Below, piece after piece: positions 1-9,535 of a stretch of DNA of 42,157 bases (within the stretch, counting starts at the first letter, position 1; each line of letters opens with the position of its first letter). The notes below the pieces were generated by a model. The model was not told where the DNA came from. It searched no databases and saw nothing but the letters and a program-made list of their open reading frames with translations. The stretch comes from Gemmatimonadota bacterium (lineage in GTDB: Bacteria > Gemmatimonadota > Gemmatimonadetes > Gemmatimonadales > GWC2-71-9), in NCBI GenBank assembly GCA_039586365.1, contig JBDHKN010000041.1, positions 1-42,157 of the forward strand, written 5' to 3'. A program made the translations under genes and the position numbers.

Positions 1-1
1 C

Positions 2-1018
2 GATCACTGGCATTCTCAGATGTCGATCGACGCGGCCGCCGAAGGTATCCACGTCTACTGCGAGAAGTGCATGACGCGGACCGAGGAAGAGGCGCTCGCC
101 ATGCACGATGCCATCAAGAACTCCGACATCGTCTTCCAGTTGGGCCACCAGAACCGGCAGTCGGAGGCGCACATCAAGGCGCGAGAGGTGATCGACGCGA
201 ACATTCTTGGGCCGATCACGCTGGTCGAGGGCACCACCAATCGGAACTCACCTTGGGGTGCGTGGGTGTGGGACATTCATGAGGAGGGCAACCCTGAGAC
301 GATTGATTGGGATCTGTTTCAGGGACCCACACCGCACAAAGTGCCGTTCAGCCTCGAGCGCTTCTTCCGCTGGCGCTGTTGGTTTGACTATGGGACCGGA
401 CTGTCAGGGGATCTCCTGTCGCACGAGTACGACTCGGTGAATCAGATCCTACAACTCGGGATTCCCAAGAGCGCAGTCGCCTCCGGCGGCATCTACTTCT
501 TCAAAGATGGCCGGGACGTGCCTGACGTTTTTCAGGCAGTATACGAGTACCCCGATCGCGATCTCACCTTCGTCTACAGTGCAACGCTCGCGAACGGGCA
601 CTACCGGGGCCTGAGGTTCATGGGGCATGACGCCTCGATGCAGGTGAGCGGAGCCCTCACGGTCACAGCCGACGGTGAGTCGACCCGCTACGAGCAGAAG
701 ATCACCGACGGGATCATCGATCCGTCGCTTCCGATGTTCACGTACCAGCCCGGGTTCAAGGGTATCGATGCGATTACTTCGGCGACCGCCGAGTACTTCG
801 CCAGCAGGGGGCTGCTGTACACCTATCGCGGTGGCAGGCGCATGTCGGCGTACCATCTCTTGGTTGGCGAGTGGCTCGAAGTGATCCGGAACGGAGGTGA
901 AACGAGCTGCAACATCGACCGCGGCTTCGAGGAAGCGATCAGTTGTCACATGGCTACCCGGTCCTACCTCGAGCAACGCAAGGTCGAGTGGGATCCCGTA
1001 CGCCGCCGCATCGTCTAG
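2..1018 (+). CDS. Gfo/Idh/MocA family oxidoreductase (5'-truncated by window edge)
   Basis: The frame is open from base 2 (DHWHSQM). DHWH...HVYCEK and FQLGHQNR motifs and a RWRCWFDYGTG segment are typical of this family. Confidence 0.9.
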   Translation, partial: DHWHSQMSIDAAAEGIHVYCEKCMTRTEEEALAMHDAIKNSDIVFQLGHQNRQSEAHIKAREVIDANILGPITLVEGTTNRNSPWGAWVWDIHEEGNPETIDWDLFQGPTPHKVPFSLERFFRWRCWFDYGTGLSGDLLSHEYDSVNQILQLGIPKSAVASGGIYFFKDGRDVPDVFQAVYEYPDRDLTFVYSATLANGHYRGLRFMGHDASMQVSGALTVTADGESTRYEQKITDGIIDPSLPMFTYQPGFKGIDAITSATAEYFASRGLLYTYRGGRRMSAYHLLVGEWLEVIRNGGETSCNIDRGFEEAISCHMATRSYLEQRKVEWDPVRRRIV

Positions 1019-1045
1019 TCGTGACACCGTGAAATTGGAGGGGGC

Positions 1046-2272
1046 GTGAGCGCAAAGACTCGGCTGGGCATGATGATGTTCCTCCAGTATGCGATCTGGG
1101 GGGCGTGGGCTCCAGTACTGTCGTCGTATCTGATCAACGATCTGGGGTTCAGCGGCGGTCACGTCGGTTGGATCTACGCGTTGCTGCCGTTGGCCACCAT
1201 AGTATCCCCATTCATCGGTGGGCAGCTCGCCGATCGGTACTTCTCCTCCGAGAAGGTCATCGGGACGCTCTCTTTTGCGGGCGGTATCCTGTTGATCGTA
1301 GTTGCTCGTACCACCGACTTCGGTGCGATGGCAACGCTCATGCTCGTGTACTGCCTGGTATACGCCCCGACGCTTGCGCTGACCAACTCCATTGCGATGA
1401 TCAATCTGGAGGATTCGGAGCGCGAGTTCGGCGCCATCCGAGTATGGGGCACCCTGGGTTGGATCGCGGCAGGACTGCTGCTCACCGGATGGCGCTGGGC
1501 CGGTGACAACGGCACGGCCCTCACGCTACAGGGTGACATGCTTTTGCTGGCAGGCGCGCTCTCGATCGTTATGGGAGTGCAGGCCTTCACTCTGCCACAC
1601 ACACCGCCCGTAAAGGAAGGCGTCAAACCCTGGGCATTCTTGGAATCGCTCAAGATGCTTAAGGTGACCGACTTTGCCGTCTTCGTCGGGATCACCTTCG
1701 TCGTGGCAACCGAACTGGAGTTCTACTACATCCTCACAGCGCCGTTTCTGGAGTCCGACACAATCGGCGTATCCAGCACGAATGTGCCGGCAGTGATGAC
1801 CATCGCTCAGTTCGCTGAGATCTTCGTGATGGCATTCCTGCTGTCACGGTTCCTCAAGAAGTACGGCATGCGCAAGACACTCGCGATCGGAGTGATCGCC
1901 TGGCCGATTCGCTACATAATCTTCGCTATAGGGTCACCGACATGGCTGGTCATCGCATCGCTCGCACTGCATGGCTTCTGCTATGTGTTCTTCTTCGTGG
2001 CCGCCTTCATATACGTGGACAAGGTTGCGCCGCCGGACATCCGCGCATCGGCGCAGAGTCTGATAGCGATCGTAGCGCTCGGTCTAGGTCGCTTCCTCGG
2101 CAGCATTTTCGCCGGCAAGATCAGGGATGTGTTCACCACGGCCGGTGTCACCAATTGGACTTACGTGTTCCTCGTACCCTGTGCCCTCACCGTGCTGTGT
2201 GCGGTGGCTTTCTTGCTGTTCTTCCGTGAGGAGCGTGGAGCGGCTGTGGAGAACACTGTTGGGAGGGATTGA
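1046..2272 (+). CDS. MFS transporter, nucleoside:H+ symporter-like (NupG/XapB/YegT type)
   Basis: GTG start after GGAGGGG; about 12 hydrophobic segments; motifs MMFLQYAIWGAW, GQLADRYF, IRVWGTLGWI and LHGFCY. Confidence 0.9.
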   Translation: MSAKTRLGMMMFLQYAIWGAWAPVLSSYLINDLGFSGGHVGWIYALLPLATIVSPFIGGQLADRYFSSEKVIGTLSFAGGILLIVVARTTDFGAMATLMLVYCLVYAPTLALTNSIAMINLEDSEREFGAIRVWGTLGWIAAGLLLTGWRWAGDNGTALTLQGDMLLLAGALSIVMGVQAFTLPHTPPVKEGVKPWAFLESLKMLKVTDFAVFVGITFVVATELEFYYILTAPFLESDTIGVSSTNVPAVMTIAQFAEIFVMAFLLSRFLKKYGMRKTLAIGVIAWPIRYIIFAIGSPTWLVIASLALHGFCYVFFFVAAFIYVDKVAPPDIRASAQSLIAIVALGLGRFLGSIFAGKIRDVFTTAGVTNWTYVFLVPCALTVLCAVAFLLFFREERGAAVENTVGRD

Positions 2273-2279
2273 TAGAGAG

Positions 2280-3530
2280 ATGGCAGTCAAGAGACTAGGT
2301 GTTGGGTTGGTCGGCGGAGGTTTCGTCGCGCGGTTCCATATCCGCTCATGGGTTGGAGTGCGCGACGCAGATATCCTGGGCGTCGTGGGTCGGGACGACA
2401 ATACGGCGGAAGAGGCAGTGGCTCTGATCGGGCAACTCGGAGTTGGGCAGGCAAAGGTCTACAAGTCCATCACGGACATGGTGGCCGATCCGGCAGTCAA
2501 CGCCCTTTGGATCTGCGCGCCTAACTTCGCTCGCATCGAGGTCATGGAGGAGATAGTCCACGCAATCGAAGCGGGTATTGGGGAACTCGTTGGCGTTGCG
2601 TGCGAGAAACCACTCGGCCGAAATACTGCCGAGGCCCGGCGTATGTTGGAGCTAGTGGAGAGGGTGGGCTTGCTGGACGGCTATCTCGAGAACCAGCTCT
2701 TCTCGCCCGCTATTGTACGGGGCAAGCACATCCTGTGGAGCCGCGGCGCCGCACTCACGGGGCCGCCATACCTCGCACGGGCAGCCGAGGAGCACAGTGG
2801 CCCGCACATGCCATGGTTCTGGGAGGGAGAATTGCAGGGCGGTGGTGTGCTGAACGACATGATGTGTCACTCGGTGGAGGTCGCGCAGTTCTTGTTGACG
2901 CCGCCGGGTGCGGCCCGCAACGCGCTGACACCGGTCAAAGTATCAGCCCATACGTCGTGTCTGAAATGGCAGCAGCCTCACTACGCCGATCTCCTTGCAG
3001 CCAGCAGCCGTGGCAAGACCGATTACCGTAACCGACCGGCCGAGGATTTCGCCCGGGCTCTGGTCGTGTACCGTGATGGTGAAGGCAACGAACGCATCGT
3101 CGAAGCGACCACCTCGTGGTGCTTCGTCGGAGCCGGGTTGAGGCTCAGCATGGAACTGCTCGGCCCGGAATACTCGCTAGCGGTGAACTCGCTGGATGCA
3201 GGTCCGAAGGTCTTTTTCAGCCGGGAGGTTTCAGGCGACGCCGGTGAAGATCTGGTGGAGAAACAGAATGCAGAAATGGGCCTGATGCCGGTGGTCAGCG
3301 ATGAAGAGAGCGAGTACGGCTACATCGGAGAAAACCGACACATGGTGCAGTCTTTTCTCGCAGGTACGCGCCCCTCTGAGAACTTCGCTGACGGTGTCGC
3401 GGTCACCGAGTTACTGATGACGGCCTACATGAGCGCCGAGCAAGAGACGACGATTACGTTTCCGCCGCCCGACCTGCCCGAATTCGTACCATCGGTTGCC
3501 AGAGGGCGGTGGAACCCCCGCCTTCGCTGA
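2280..3530 (+). CDS. Gfo/Idh/MocA family oxidoreductase
   Basis: ATG 2280 directly precedes the Rossmann motif VGLVGGGF; ACEKPL and GGGVLNDMMCH motifs follow. Confidence 0.9.
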   Translation: MAVKRLGVGLVGGGFVARFHIRSWVGVRDADILGVVGRDDNTAEEAVALIGQLGVGQAKVYKSITDMVADPAVNALWICAPNFARIEVMEEIVHAIEAGIGELVGVACEKPLGRNTAEARRMLELVERVGLLDGYLENQLFSPAIVRGKHILWSRGAALTGPPYLARAAEEHSGPHMPWFWEGELQGGGVLNDMMCHSVEVAQFLLTPPGAARNALTPVKVSAHTSCLKWQQPHYADLLAASSRGKTDYRNRPAEDFARALVVYRDGEGNERIVEATTSWCFVGAGLRLSMELLGPEYSLAVNSLDAGPKVFFSREVSGDAGEDLVEKQNAEMGLMPVVSDEESEYGYIGENRHMVQSFLAGTRPSENFADGVAVTELLMTAYMSAEQETTITFPPPDLPEFVPSVARGRWNPRLR

Positions 3531-3589
3531 GCGGCGGACGCTGAGTACCATTCGCCAAGCGCGGGAGACGAAAGGTCGAGGATAGGATC

Positions 3590-4261
3590 ATGCAGCGATC
3601 ACTCGTGGCAGTGGGAATTGGCTTGTTAGTGCTCTCTATTGGAGGATACGCGTCGATGCGATCGGTCTCGGGGCCACAAGGCGGCACGCCCCAGGATGGG
3701 TTCGAACAGATCCTGAAGGAGCGCAACGGCCGTTACACCAAGCACGGCTGGAACCACTACGGTCCCGGCTACTTCGACTTGGATCCGGAGACAGGCGTAC
3801 TCACGTCTCACGGGGGGATGGGGTTGTTCTGGTATGCGGAGAAACAATACGGCGACTTCATACTCGAACTCGAGTTCAAGTGCGCCAATGAGCGCACGAA
3901 CTCGGGGGTCTTCTTGCGAGTACCAGGGGTCCCGGCAAGCGACGACTACATCTATCACAGCTTCGAGATTCAGATCGACGACGCGAGCGAGGGTGTCCAC
4001 CACACGGCCGCCGTTTATGATGCGGAGGCTCCAGCGAGAAGCGCCTCGAATCCGCCGGGCGAATGGAACCACTTCCGAATCGCCTTCGTGGGCACGCGGA
4101 TAACCGTCGACCTGAACGGGGAACAGGTGGTCGATTGGGAGGCGGAGCCGCGTGGGAAGGTCGCGGACTTCGCCGAGCGAGGTTACATCGGCCTACAGAA
4201 TCACGACGACGTGAGTCCGGTGTATTTCAGGAGTATTCGGATCAAGGATTTGTCTCAGTAG
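3590..4261 (+). CDS. DUF1080 / 3-keto-disaccharide hydrolase family protein, exported
   Basis: N-terminal signal or anchor; motifs YGDFILELEF, NSGVF, EIQIDD, GEWNH, GYIGLQNH and VYFRSIRIK. Confidence 0.9.
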   Translation: MQRSLVAVGIGLLVLSIGGYASMRSVSGPQGGTPQDGFEQILKERNGRYTKHGWNHYGPGYFDLDPETGVLTSHGGMGLFWYAEKQYGDFILELEFKCANERTNSGVFLRVPGVPASDDYIYHSFEIQIDDASEGVHHTAAVYDAEAPARSASNPPGEWNHFRIAFVGTRITVDLNGEQVVDWEAEPRGKVADFAERGYIGLQNHDDVSPVYFRSIRIKDLSQ

Positions 4262-4541
4262 CGCCGGTGCCGCACGGCTCCGTCCGACATCATTTGGAAG
4301 GTCCGGTCCCTCATCTCGAAGAGGAGTGCCGGTGCTCCTCTAGGGTCCGGATATCCTCTACGTCGAGGACCACCAGATCCGCAACCTTTCCCGCCTGTAG
4401 ACTACCTCGCGAGTCCGCCTCGTAGCTCAAGTAGGCTCCGTTGATCGTATAGGAGTGGAGGGCTTGTTCGAGATCGAGGGTTTCGTCGGGACCGTAGATG
4501 TCACCGACTGCCTGGGACCGGCGGTACAGGCTGACGGTGGG
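4255..4541 (-). pseudogene. Relic C-terminal fragment of an amidohydrolase-3 (YtcJ-like) gene
   Basis: Manual minus-strand translation gives YGPDETLDLEQALHSYTINGAYLSYEADSRGSLQAGKVADLVVLD. There is no start codon and a TAG lies just upstream. After a frameshift near 4331 it continues ALLFEMRDRTFQMMSDGAVRHRRY*. Confidence 0.8.
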
Positions 4542-4619
4542 CTAGGCGGCGTTCCCAGTACAGCGCTGGCCGCATCTCGAACGGCGCGTACATTGAGCCT
4601 CATCTAATGAGGTGATCCC

Positions 4620-5288
4620 GTGGAATCACAAATCCCTGCTGGACTACTGGAGAGGATTGAACGGTGCGGAGTCGTTGCTGTGCTCGTGGTGGACGAACTG
4701 GCGCACGCCGTGCCGTTGGCGAGGGCGTTGTTAGCCGGCGGTATCGATGCCATGGAGCTGACCCTGCGCACACCCGTAGCGCTCGCCGCGCTCGAGGCGA
4801 TTCGGTCACAGGTGCCTGACATGTTGCCCGGTGTAGGAACCGTGCTTACACCAGAGCAGGCAGGCGAGGCCGCAGCGGCCGGTGCCGCGTTCGGCGTCGC
4901 GCCGGGCTTGAACCCGCGGGTGGTGGGAGCGGCCCAGCAGGTTGGGCTGCCGTTCGCTCCGGGCGTCGCCACTGCATCCGACTTGGAGGCGGCGTTGGAA
5001 TTGGGTTGCCGCGATGTGAAGTTCTTCCCCGCGGAACCGACCGGCGGGATGGCCTACTTGAAGAGCATGGCTGCGCCGTACACGCACCTGGGCGTTCGTT
5101 TCGTTCCGCTGGGGGGCCTCAAACCCGATAACGTGAGTGAGTACCTATCGAGTTCGCTTGTTCTGGCCGTTGGGGGGTCGTGGATTGCACCTCGTGACAC
5201 AATCCGGCAGGAGGACTGGGACGCGATCAGGATCAACGCGCTCCAGGCCCGGGCGATAGTCAACGACCTACGCGAGGCTGGCGGTTAG
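4620..5288 (+). CDS. eda: 2-dehydro-3-deoxy-phosphogluconate (KDPG/KHG) aldolase
   Basis: ELTLRT, GVGTV, PGVAT, VKFFPA (Schiff-base Lys), VPLGG and VGGSW motifs; GAGGTG RBS. Confidence 0.93.
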   Translation: MESQIPAGLLERIERCGVVAVLVVDELAHAVPLARALLAGGIDAMELTLRTPVALAALEAIRSQVPDMLPGVGTVLTPEQAGEAAAAGAAFGVAPGLNPRVVGAAQQVGLPFAPGVATASDLEAALELGCRDVKFFPAEPTGGMAYLKSMAAPYTHLGVRFVPLGGLKPDNVSEYLSSSLVLAVGGSWIAPRDTIRQEDWDAIRINALQARAIVNDLREAGG

Positions 5289-5346
5289 GAGCTAAGGCGG
5301 CCACAGCCTCGCGCACGGCGCGCGGCTGGTTCCACAGGAGATTACA

Positions 5347-6438
5347 ATGGCGAGAGTCGTGACCTTTGGCGAGATAATGGGACGGATGGCGGCACCTGGA
5401 TTCCTGCGCCTGCGGCAGGCGTTGCCGGGTCCGTTGGACGTGACGTTCGGCGGCGCGGAGGCGAATGTTGCCGCCTCACTGGCGATGCTTGGCGCGCAGG
5501 CGGCTTTCGTCACCGCTCTGCCGGGCAACGCTATTGGGGACGCGTGCATCGCTTCACTTCATGCGTTGGGGGTCAATACTCAACACATTCTCCGTACCGA
5601 CGAAGGTCGGTTGGGCCTCTATTTTCTCGAAACGGGCGCCAACCAGCGGCCGAGCCAAGTGGTCTACGATCGGGCGGGATCCGCGGTGAGCCTCACGGCC
5701 GCGGACCGGTACGACTGGCCAGCGATCTTTGATGGAGCGGTGTGGTTCCACGTGACCGGCATTACGCCCTCCATCTCGCGAACGGCGGCCGAAGCGACGT
5801 TGGCGGCCGCCCAAGCTGCGAAGACGGCCAGCCTCACGGTGTCGTGTGATCTGAACTTCCGCAACAAGCTGTGGCGGTGGGAAGCAGCCACCTCGCCCAA
5901 GGAACTCGCGGAAGAGACGCTGCGGCAAGTGTTGCCACACGTCGACTTGGTCGTTGCCAACGAGGAAGACTGTGCCGCCGTGCTGGGAATCCACGCGGCG
6001 CAAACGGATGTGGAGACCGGTGACTTGCGGATCGTGAGCTACCCGGATGTGGCCCGTCAGCTCGTCAGCCAGTTCCCGAACGTCACGAAGGTCGGCATTA
6101 CGCTGCGTGAGAGCATTTCGGCATCGTACAACAACTGGGGCGCAATGCTCTACTGTGCAGCTGAGGACCGGGCGTACTTCGCGCCGATGCGTGACGACGC
6201 CTACCGGCCCTACGAGATTGGCAACATCATCGATCGAGTGGGTGGCGGCGACGCGTTCGCGGCCGGCCTGATCTTCGCGCTGACCAGTGCGGAGCTGAAC
6301 TCACCTGACACGGCCGTTCGGTTTGCGGCCGCCGCGTCTTGCCTGGCGCATTCCATCGTGGGCGATTTCAACTACTCCAGCCGGGCGGAGGTGGAGTCGC
6401 TCATGGGCGGGTCTGGTGCCGGGAGAGTGGTGCGGTAG
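5347..6438 (+). CDS. kdgK: 2-dehydro-3-deoxygluconokinase, PfkB family
   Basis: FGEIM, GGAEANVA, VYDRAGSA, DLNFRNKLW and DRVGGGDAFAAG motifs; adjacent to eda; AGGAG RBS. Confidence 0.88.
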   Translation: MARVVTFGEIMGRMAAPGFLRLRQALPGPLDVTFGGAEANVAASLAMLGAQAAFVTALPGNAIGDACIASLHALGVNTQHILRTDEGRLGLYFLETGANQRPSQVVYDRAGSAVSLTAADRYDWPAIFDGAVWFHVTGITPSISRTAAEATLAAAQAAKTASLTVSCDLNFRNKLWRWEAATSPKELAEETLRQVLPHVDLVVANEEDCAAVLGIHAAQTDVETGDLRIVSYPDVARQLVSQFPNVTKVGITLRESISASYNNWGAMLYCAAEDRAYFAPMRDDAYRPYEIGNIIDRVGGGDAFAAGLIFALTSAELNSPDTAVRFAAAASCLAHSIVGDFNYSSRAEVESLMGGSGAGRVVR

Positions 6439-6518
6439 ATCGGAGCCGCGGTGTGCCCCGACCCAGCGGTCTGCGGACACCGTCGATGCTCCGCGTCAGC
6501 GACGCTGCGAAAGAGTGA

Positions 6519-7466
6519 TCACCTGCGGTCAGGACGATGCGAGGCGTTCAACGGCCTGTCTGGATCTGCGCTCCAATCTTCAATCGAACCGTCGTAGACG
6601 CGGATCTCGTATCCCAAGTGGCGTGCGGCATACGTGACACCGGTGGCCAGTACACCGGTCACGCAGTACGCGACTACGGTATCGCCGGGTGTGAAGCCGA
6701 CATGCTGGAACAGGCGTTCCAGTTCGGCAGCGTGCCTCATCTTGCCAGACTGGTCATACAGTTCCGTCAACGGAAGATTGACGGCTCCTGGGATATGTCC
6801 TTGCCGCGACTCTGTTTGCTCCTGAGTGCCGGCGTACTGCTCATGCGGCCGCGCGTCGACGAGAACGTGACCAGGGGTACTCATCCTCGCAGCTATCCAA
6901 TCGGCGTCTACCACCAGTTCGTTCACGGGTTTGGCGCTCAGGCTGCCAGGTCGAGTATCGCGTAGGTCGGCGGTGACGGGATATCCTGCAGCCTTCCAGG
7001 CAACTAGGCCCCCATCCAGCAAGAACGACTGCTCGCCCAGACCCAGGTAGTCCAATGTGAAGAGAAGACGAGTAGCGAACAGTGTGCGTTCGTTGTCGCT
7101 GTAGACGACGATCTTGGAGTCGTCCGAGACGCCGAGAGCTTCCAGCCGCTGGCGCATTGCATCAGGTGGTGGGAGCTCGTTCCGGAGGCCAGTTGCGCTG
7201 TCGTTGCGAATGGCGAAGTCTGCAAACGACAAGTAGCTGGCACGGGGAATATGTTCCTCATTGAACACTGCTTCACTGCCGACGTGGATCGGCACTATTG
7301 TCGAGTCAGCAGTGTTCTGTGACAGCCAGTCGACCGTGACGATCGATCCCGGACCGTAAGTCGATGTATCCGGTTGACATCCAACCAGCGCGACAAGCGT
7401 TGCGAGCAGGCAAGCGCTCACCGGAACTCGTGTGGTTGCGTGTAAGGGCTCCATTCGAAACACCAT
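6519..7466 (-). CDS. Tandem-domain rhodanese/sulfurtransferase, predicted lipoprotein
   Basis: EHIPRA, LLDGGL, VDAR, GHIPGA, active-site YCVTGVLA and YDGSIEDW motifs; hydrophobic N-terminus ending in lipobox LVGC; AAGGAG RBS. Confidence 0.88.
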   Translation of the reverse strand: MVFRMEPLHATTRVPVSACLLATLVALVGCQPDTSTYGPGSIVTVDWLSQNTADSTIVPIHVGSEAVFNEEHIPRASYLSFADFAIRNDSATGLRNELPPPDAMRQRLEALGVSDDSKIVVYSDNERTLFATRLLFTLDYLGLGEQSFLLDGGLVAWKAAGYPVTADLRDTRPGSLSAKPVNELVVDADWIAARMSTPGHVLVDARPHEQYAGTQEQTESRQGHIPGAVNLPLTELYDQSGKMRHAAELERLFQHVGFTPGDTVVAYCVTGVLATGVTYAARHLGYEIRVYDGSIEDWSADPDRPLNASHRPDRR

Positions 7467-7613
7467 TCTCCTTTAGTCTCCGCGGTGATGAGCCGCGAGA
7501 TGCTTGTTAGGTCTCCGTCATCAGCTCGGTTGGAGTCGATTCCTCATCAAAGTAGTCCAAGTTGTGGAGAGGCATTGCGGCTCCTGCCGCGCTTGAGCTG
7601 CCAATCGTTGCGT

Positions 7614-8381
7614 TCAGAAACGATAGACTCCCGAAACCACCCCGAAGTGGAACCATGCGAAATTGTACACCGACTCTACGTCCGCGCCTCCTTCTATCGT
7701 GCGGTAGCCACCGGTGATGCCCCAGCGATCGTCAAGAAAGTATCCCAGCTTGAGCGCGACGTCGAAGGCGCGTCCCGGCCCGCCGGCCAGGCCATCGAAG
7801 TCGAACAAAGCATGCCACCGGCTGGCAAACCGCCAGTCGGCGGCGAGATGCACAAGAGGTACGAAGCCCACATCGGTGTCCTTGCTAGAGGTGCCCGCCT
7901 GCCGGAGTTCTATCTTCGCGTCACGGATCTTGGCGGTGGCACCGATCCAGAGTCTGAGCCGCTCGCGGTCCACGAAGCGGTAGCGATAGCTGAGCCGCCA
8001 CGAGTTGAACTTGTAGGTCGCTTGAACCGGCGCCCCCGGCTGGTAGGTCTGGCCGGCGAAGTCTGCCGGCTCGGTAAACGACCCGGTCTCCGTGCTAGCG
8101 AGCGGTGCGAGCAGGACGCGCAGGCCGTGACGCCTGTTGATGTTCCAGGTAAGATAGAGGCGGCCAGCGGGCCACGGCCCCTTACCTACCAGGTCGACTA
8201 GGGAGAATCTGGTTCCCGTCTCGTCGTTTGGGATCTGTACGTCGTTACGGCTCTGCCAGACGGGTCCGGCCTCGAGCTCTATCATGAATGCCGACGCGCT
8301 CTGCGCAACGGTCGCCGAAACCGGCGTGAACATCAGCACTGAAGCCACGACACAAGGTATCGATTTACAGGCCTGCCGCAT
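7614..8381 (-). CDS. Outer-membrane beta-barrel protein of unknown function
   Basis: Signal peptide, alternating amphipathic strands and C-terminal ...GVYRF; GGAGGAGG RBS. Confidence 0.75.
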   Translation of the reverse strand: MRQACKSIPCVVASVLMFTPVSATVAQSASAFMIELEAGPVWQSRNDVQIPNDETGTRFSLVDLVGKGPWPAGRLYLTWNINRRHGLRVLLAPLASTETGSFTEPADFAGQTYQPGAPVQATYKFNSWRLSYRYRFVDRERLRLWIGATAKIRDAKIELRQAGTSSKDTDVGFVPLVHLAADWRFASRWHALFDFDGLAGGPGRAFDVALKLGYFLDDRWGITGGYRTIEGGADVESVYNFAWFHFGVVSGVYRF

Positions 8382-8512
8382 GGCACACCTCCTCCAAACA
8401 CGATGCGCTGAGATTTGCCGGACCCGGTGTGTCGATCACGGTCCAAGACGGCCGCGCCACCGTTCTTGACAGTCCAAGTCTCTCGTTGTCTGAACCTGAC
8501 CGTGTGCTGCTG

Positions 8513-9535
8513 TCAGTAACTATGCTCATCGATCTTGACTTTGCCCCGAAATATCCAGTATACCGAAAACGTATACGCCACCACTATCGGCATCCCGATC
8601 AACGCGATGATCAGCATGATCCGGTGGGTCTTGGGGGATGAGGCGGCATTATAGATGGTGAGGCTGTGCTCCGCTATGGGGCGCGAGTAGATCATGTCCG
8701 GATACATCCCGATCCCGAACAGAGCCATGAGCAGTAACATCGCCACGCACGACGACAGAAACGCGCGGAACTCTCTCCCTTGGTGCACTTCCCGCGGGAT
8801 GTTCGCCACGACGAGCACATTGAGCAGAGGCACAACGAACAGTACTGGATAGTCGAACAGCGTCGTCGTCATGTGGGGAATGAAGGCTACGGTCAGACCC
8901 GTCGTGATCACATAGCACACGACGAACATGGTGATCAGCTGAGGAATCCAGCGCCGCACTTTTGCTTGAAGGTCTCCCTCTGTCTTCATAACCACGTAGA
9001 TCGAGCCATGCATGGCGAATAGTGTAACCGTGGTAAGCCCGACCACCAGTGGGTAAGGCCTGAGCAGTCCCAACAAGCTGCCCATGTACTCGCCATCCGC
9101 CGTCAACGGAATGCCTTGTACCACGTTGCCCAATGCCACTCCGATCAACAGTGACGAGACTATGCTACTTACGCTGAAGCTCGTGTCCCATGTCCTGCGC
9201 CATCTATCCGAGGGCCTTTTGCTGCGGAACTCGATGGCCGTTGCGCGGAAGATGAGCGCAAACAGAAGGAGCATGAACGCCAAGTAGAAACCGGAAAACG
9301 AGGTCGCGTATACGTCCGGGAACGCGGCGAACAGCGCGCCGCCACCAGTCACCAGCCATACTTCGTTGCCGTCCCACACCGGGCCGATGCTGTTGATCAT
9401 GATGCGCCGGTCGCGGTCGGTCTTGGTGAACAAATGCAGAGCGCCAACACCAAGATCGAAGCCATCGAGAATCGCGTAGCCGCTCAGGAGCACGCCGATC
9501 AGCAGGAACCAAACCGTGTTCAAGTCGAGGCTCAT
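8513..9535 (-). CDS. cydB: Cytochrome bd ubiquinol oxidase subunit II
   Basis: LDGFDLGVG, GPVWDGNEVWL, AAFP and C-terminal YWIFRGKV motifs; ATGA overlap with the cydA stop. Confidence 0.97.
   Translation of the reverse strand: MSLDLNTVWFLLIGVLLSGYAILDGFDLGVGALHLFTKTDRDRRIMINSIGPVWDGNEVWLVTGGGALFAAFPDVYATSFSGFYLAFMLLLFALIFRATAIEFRSKRPSDRWRRTWDTSFSVSSIVSSLLIGVALGNVVQGIPLTADGEYMGSLLGLLRPYPLVVGLTTVTLFAMHGSIYVVMKTEGDLQAKVRRWIPQLITMFVVCYVITTGLTVAFIPHMTTTLFDYPVLFVVPLLNVLVVANIPREVHQGREFRAFLSSCVAMLLLMALFGIGMYPDMIYSRPIAEHSLTIYNAASSPKTHRIMLIIALIGMPIVVAYTFSVYWIFRGKVKIDEHSY

Noticed and set aside
2127..2279. Extended N-termini in the ORF track (also starts at 17790, 21894, 24309, 30242, 31736, 32470 and 38612)
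   Set aside because: They overlap neighbouring genes or are non-homologous; downstream starts have an RBS, stop/start coupling, signal peptides or family motifs right after them.
7510..7552. Fluoride riboswitch or hammerhead ribozyme (GATG...AACCG..GCTGATGAC; CTGATGA on the minus strand)
   Set aside because: The pseudoknot complementarity of the fluoride motif is absent, and no GAAA core follows a stem II.
7485..8201. 238-aa plus-strand ORF; similar long shadow ORFs at 449-1162, 9709-10539, 11040-11909, 13597-14523 and 33177-34022
   Set aside because: They are antisense or alternate-frame to well-supported genes, have no motifs, and are expected in high-GC DNA.
8382..8512. Small cydX/cydS gene after cydB
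   Set aside because: No small hydrophobic ORF with an RBS was found in the gap.
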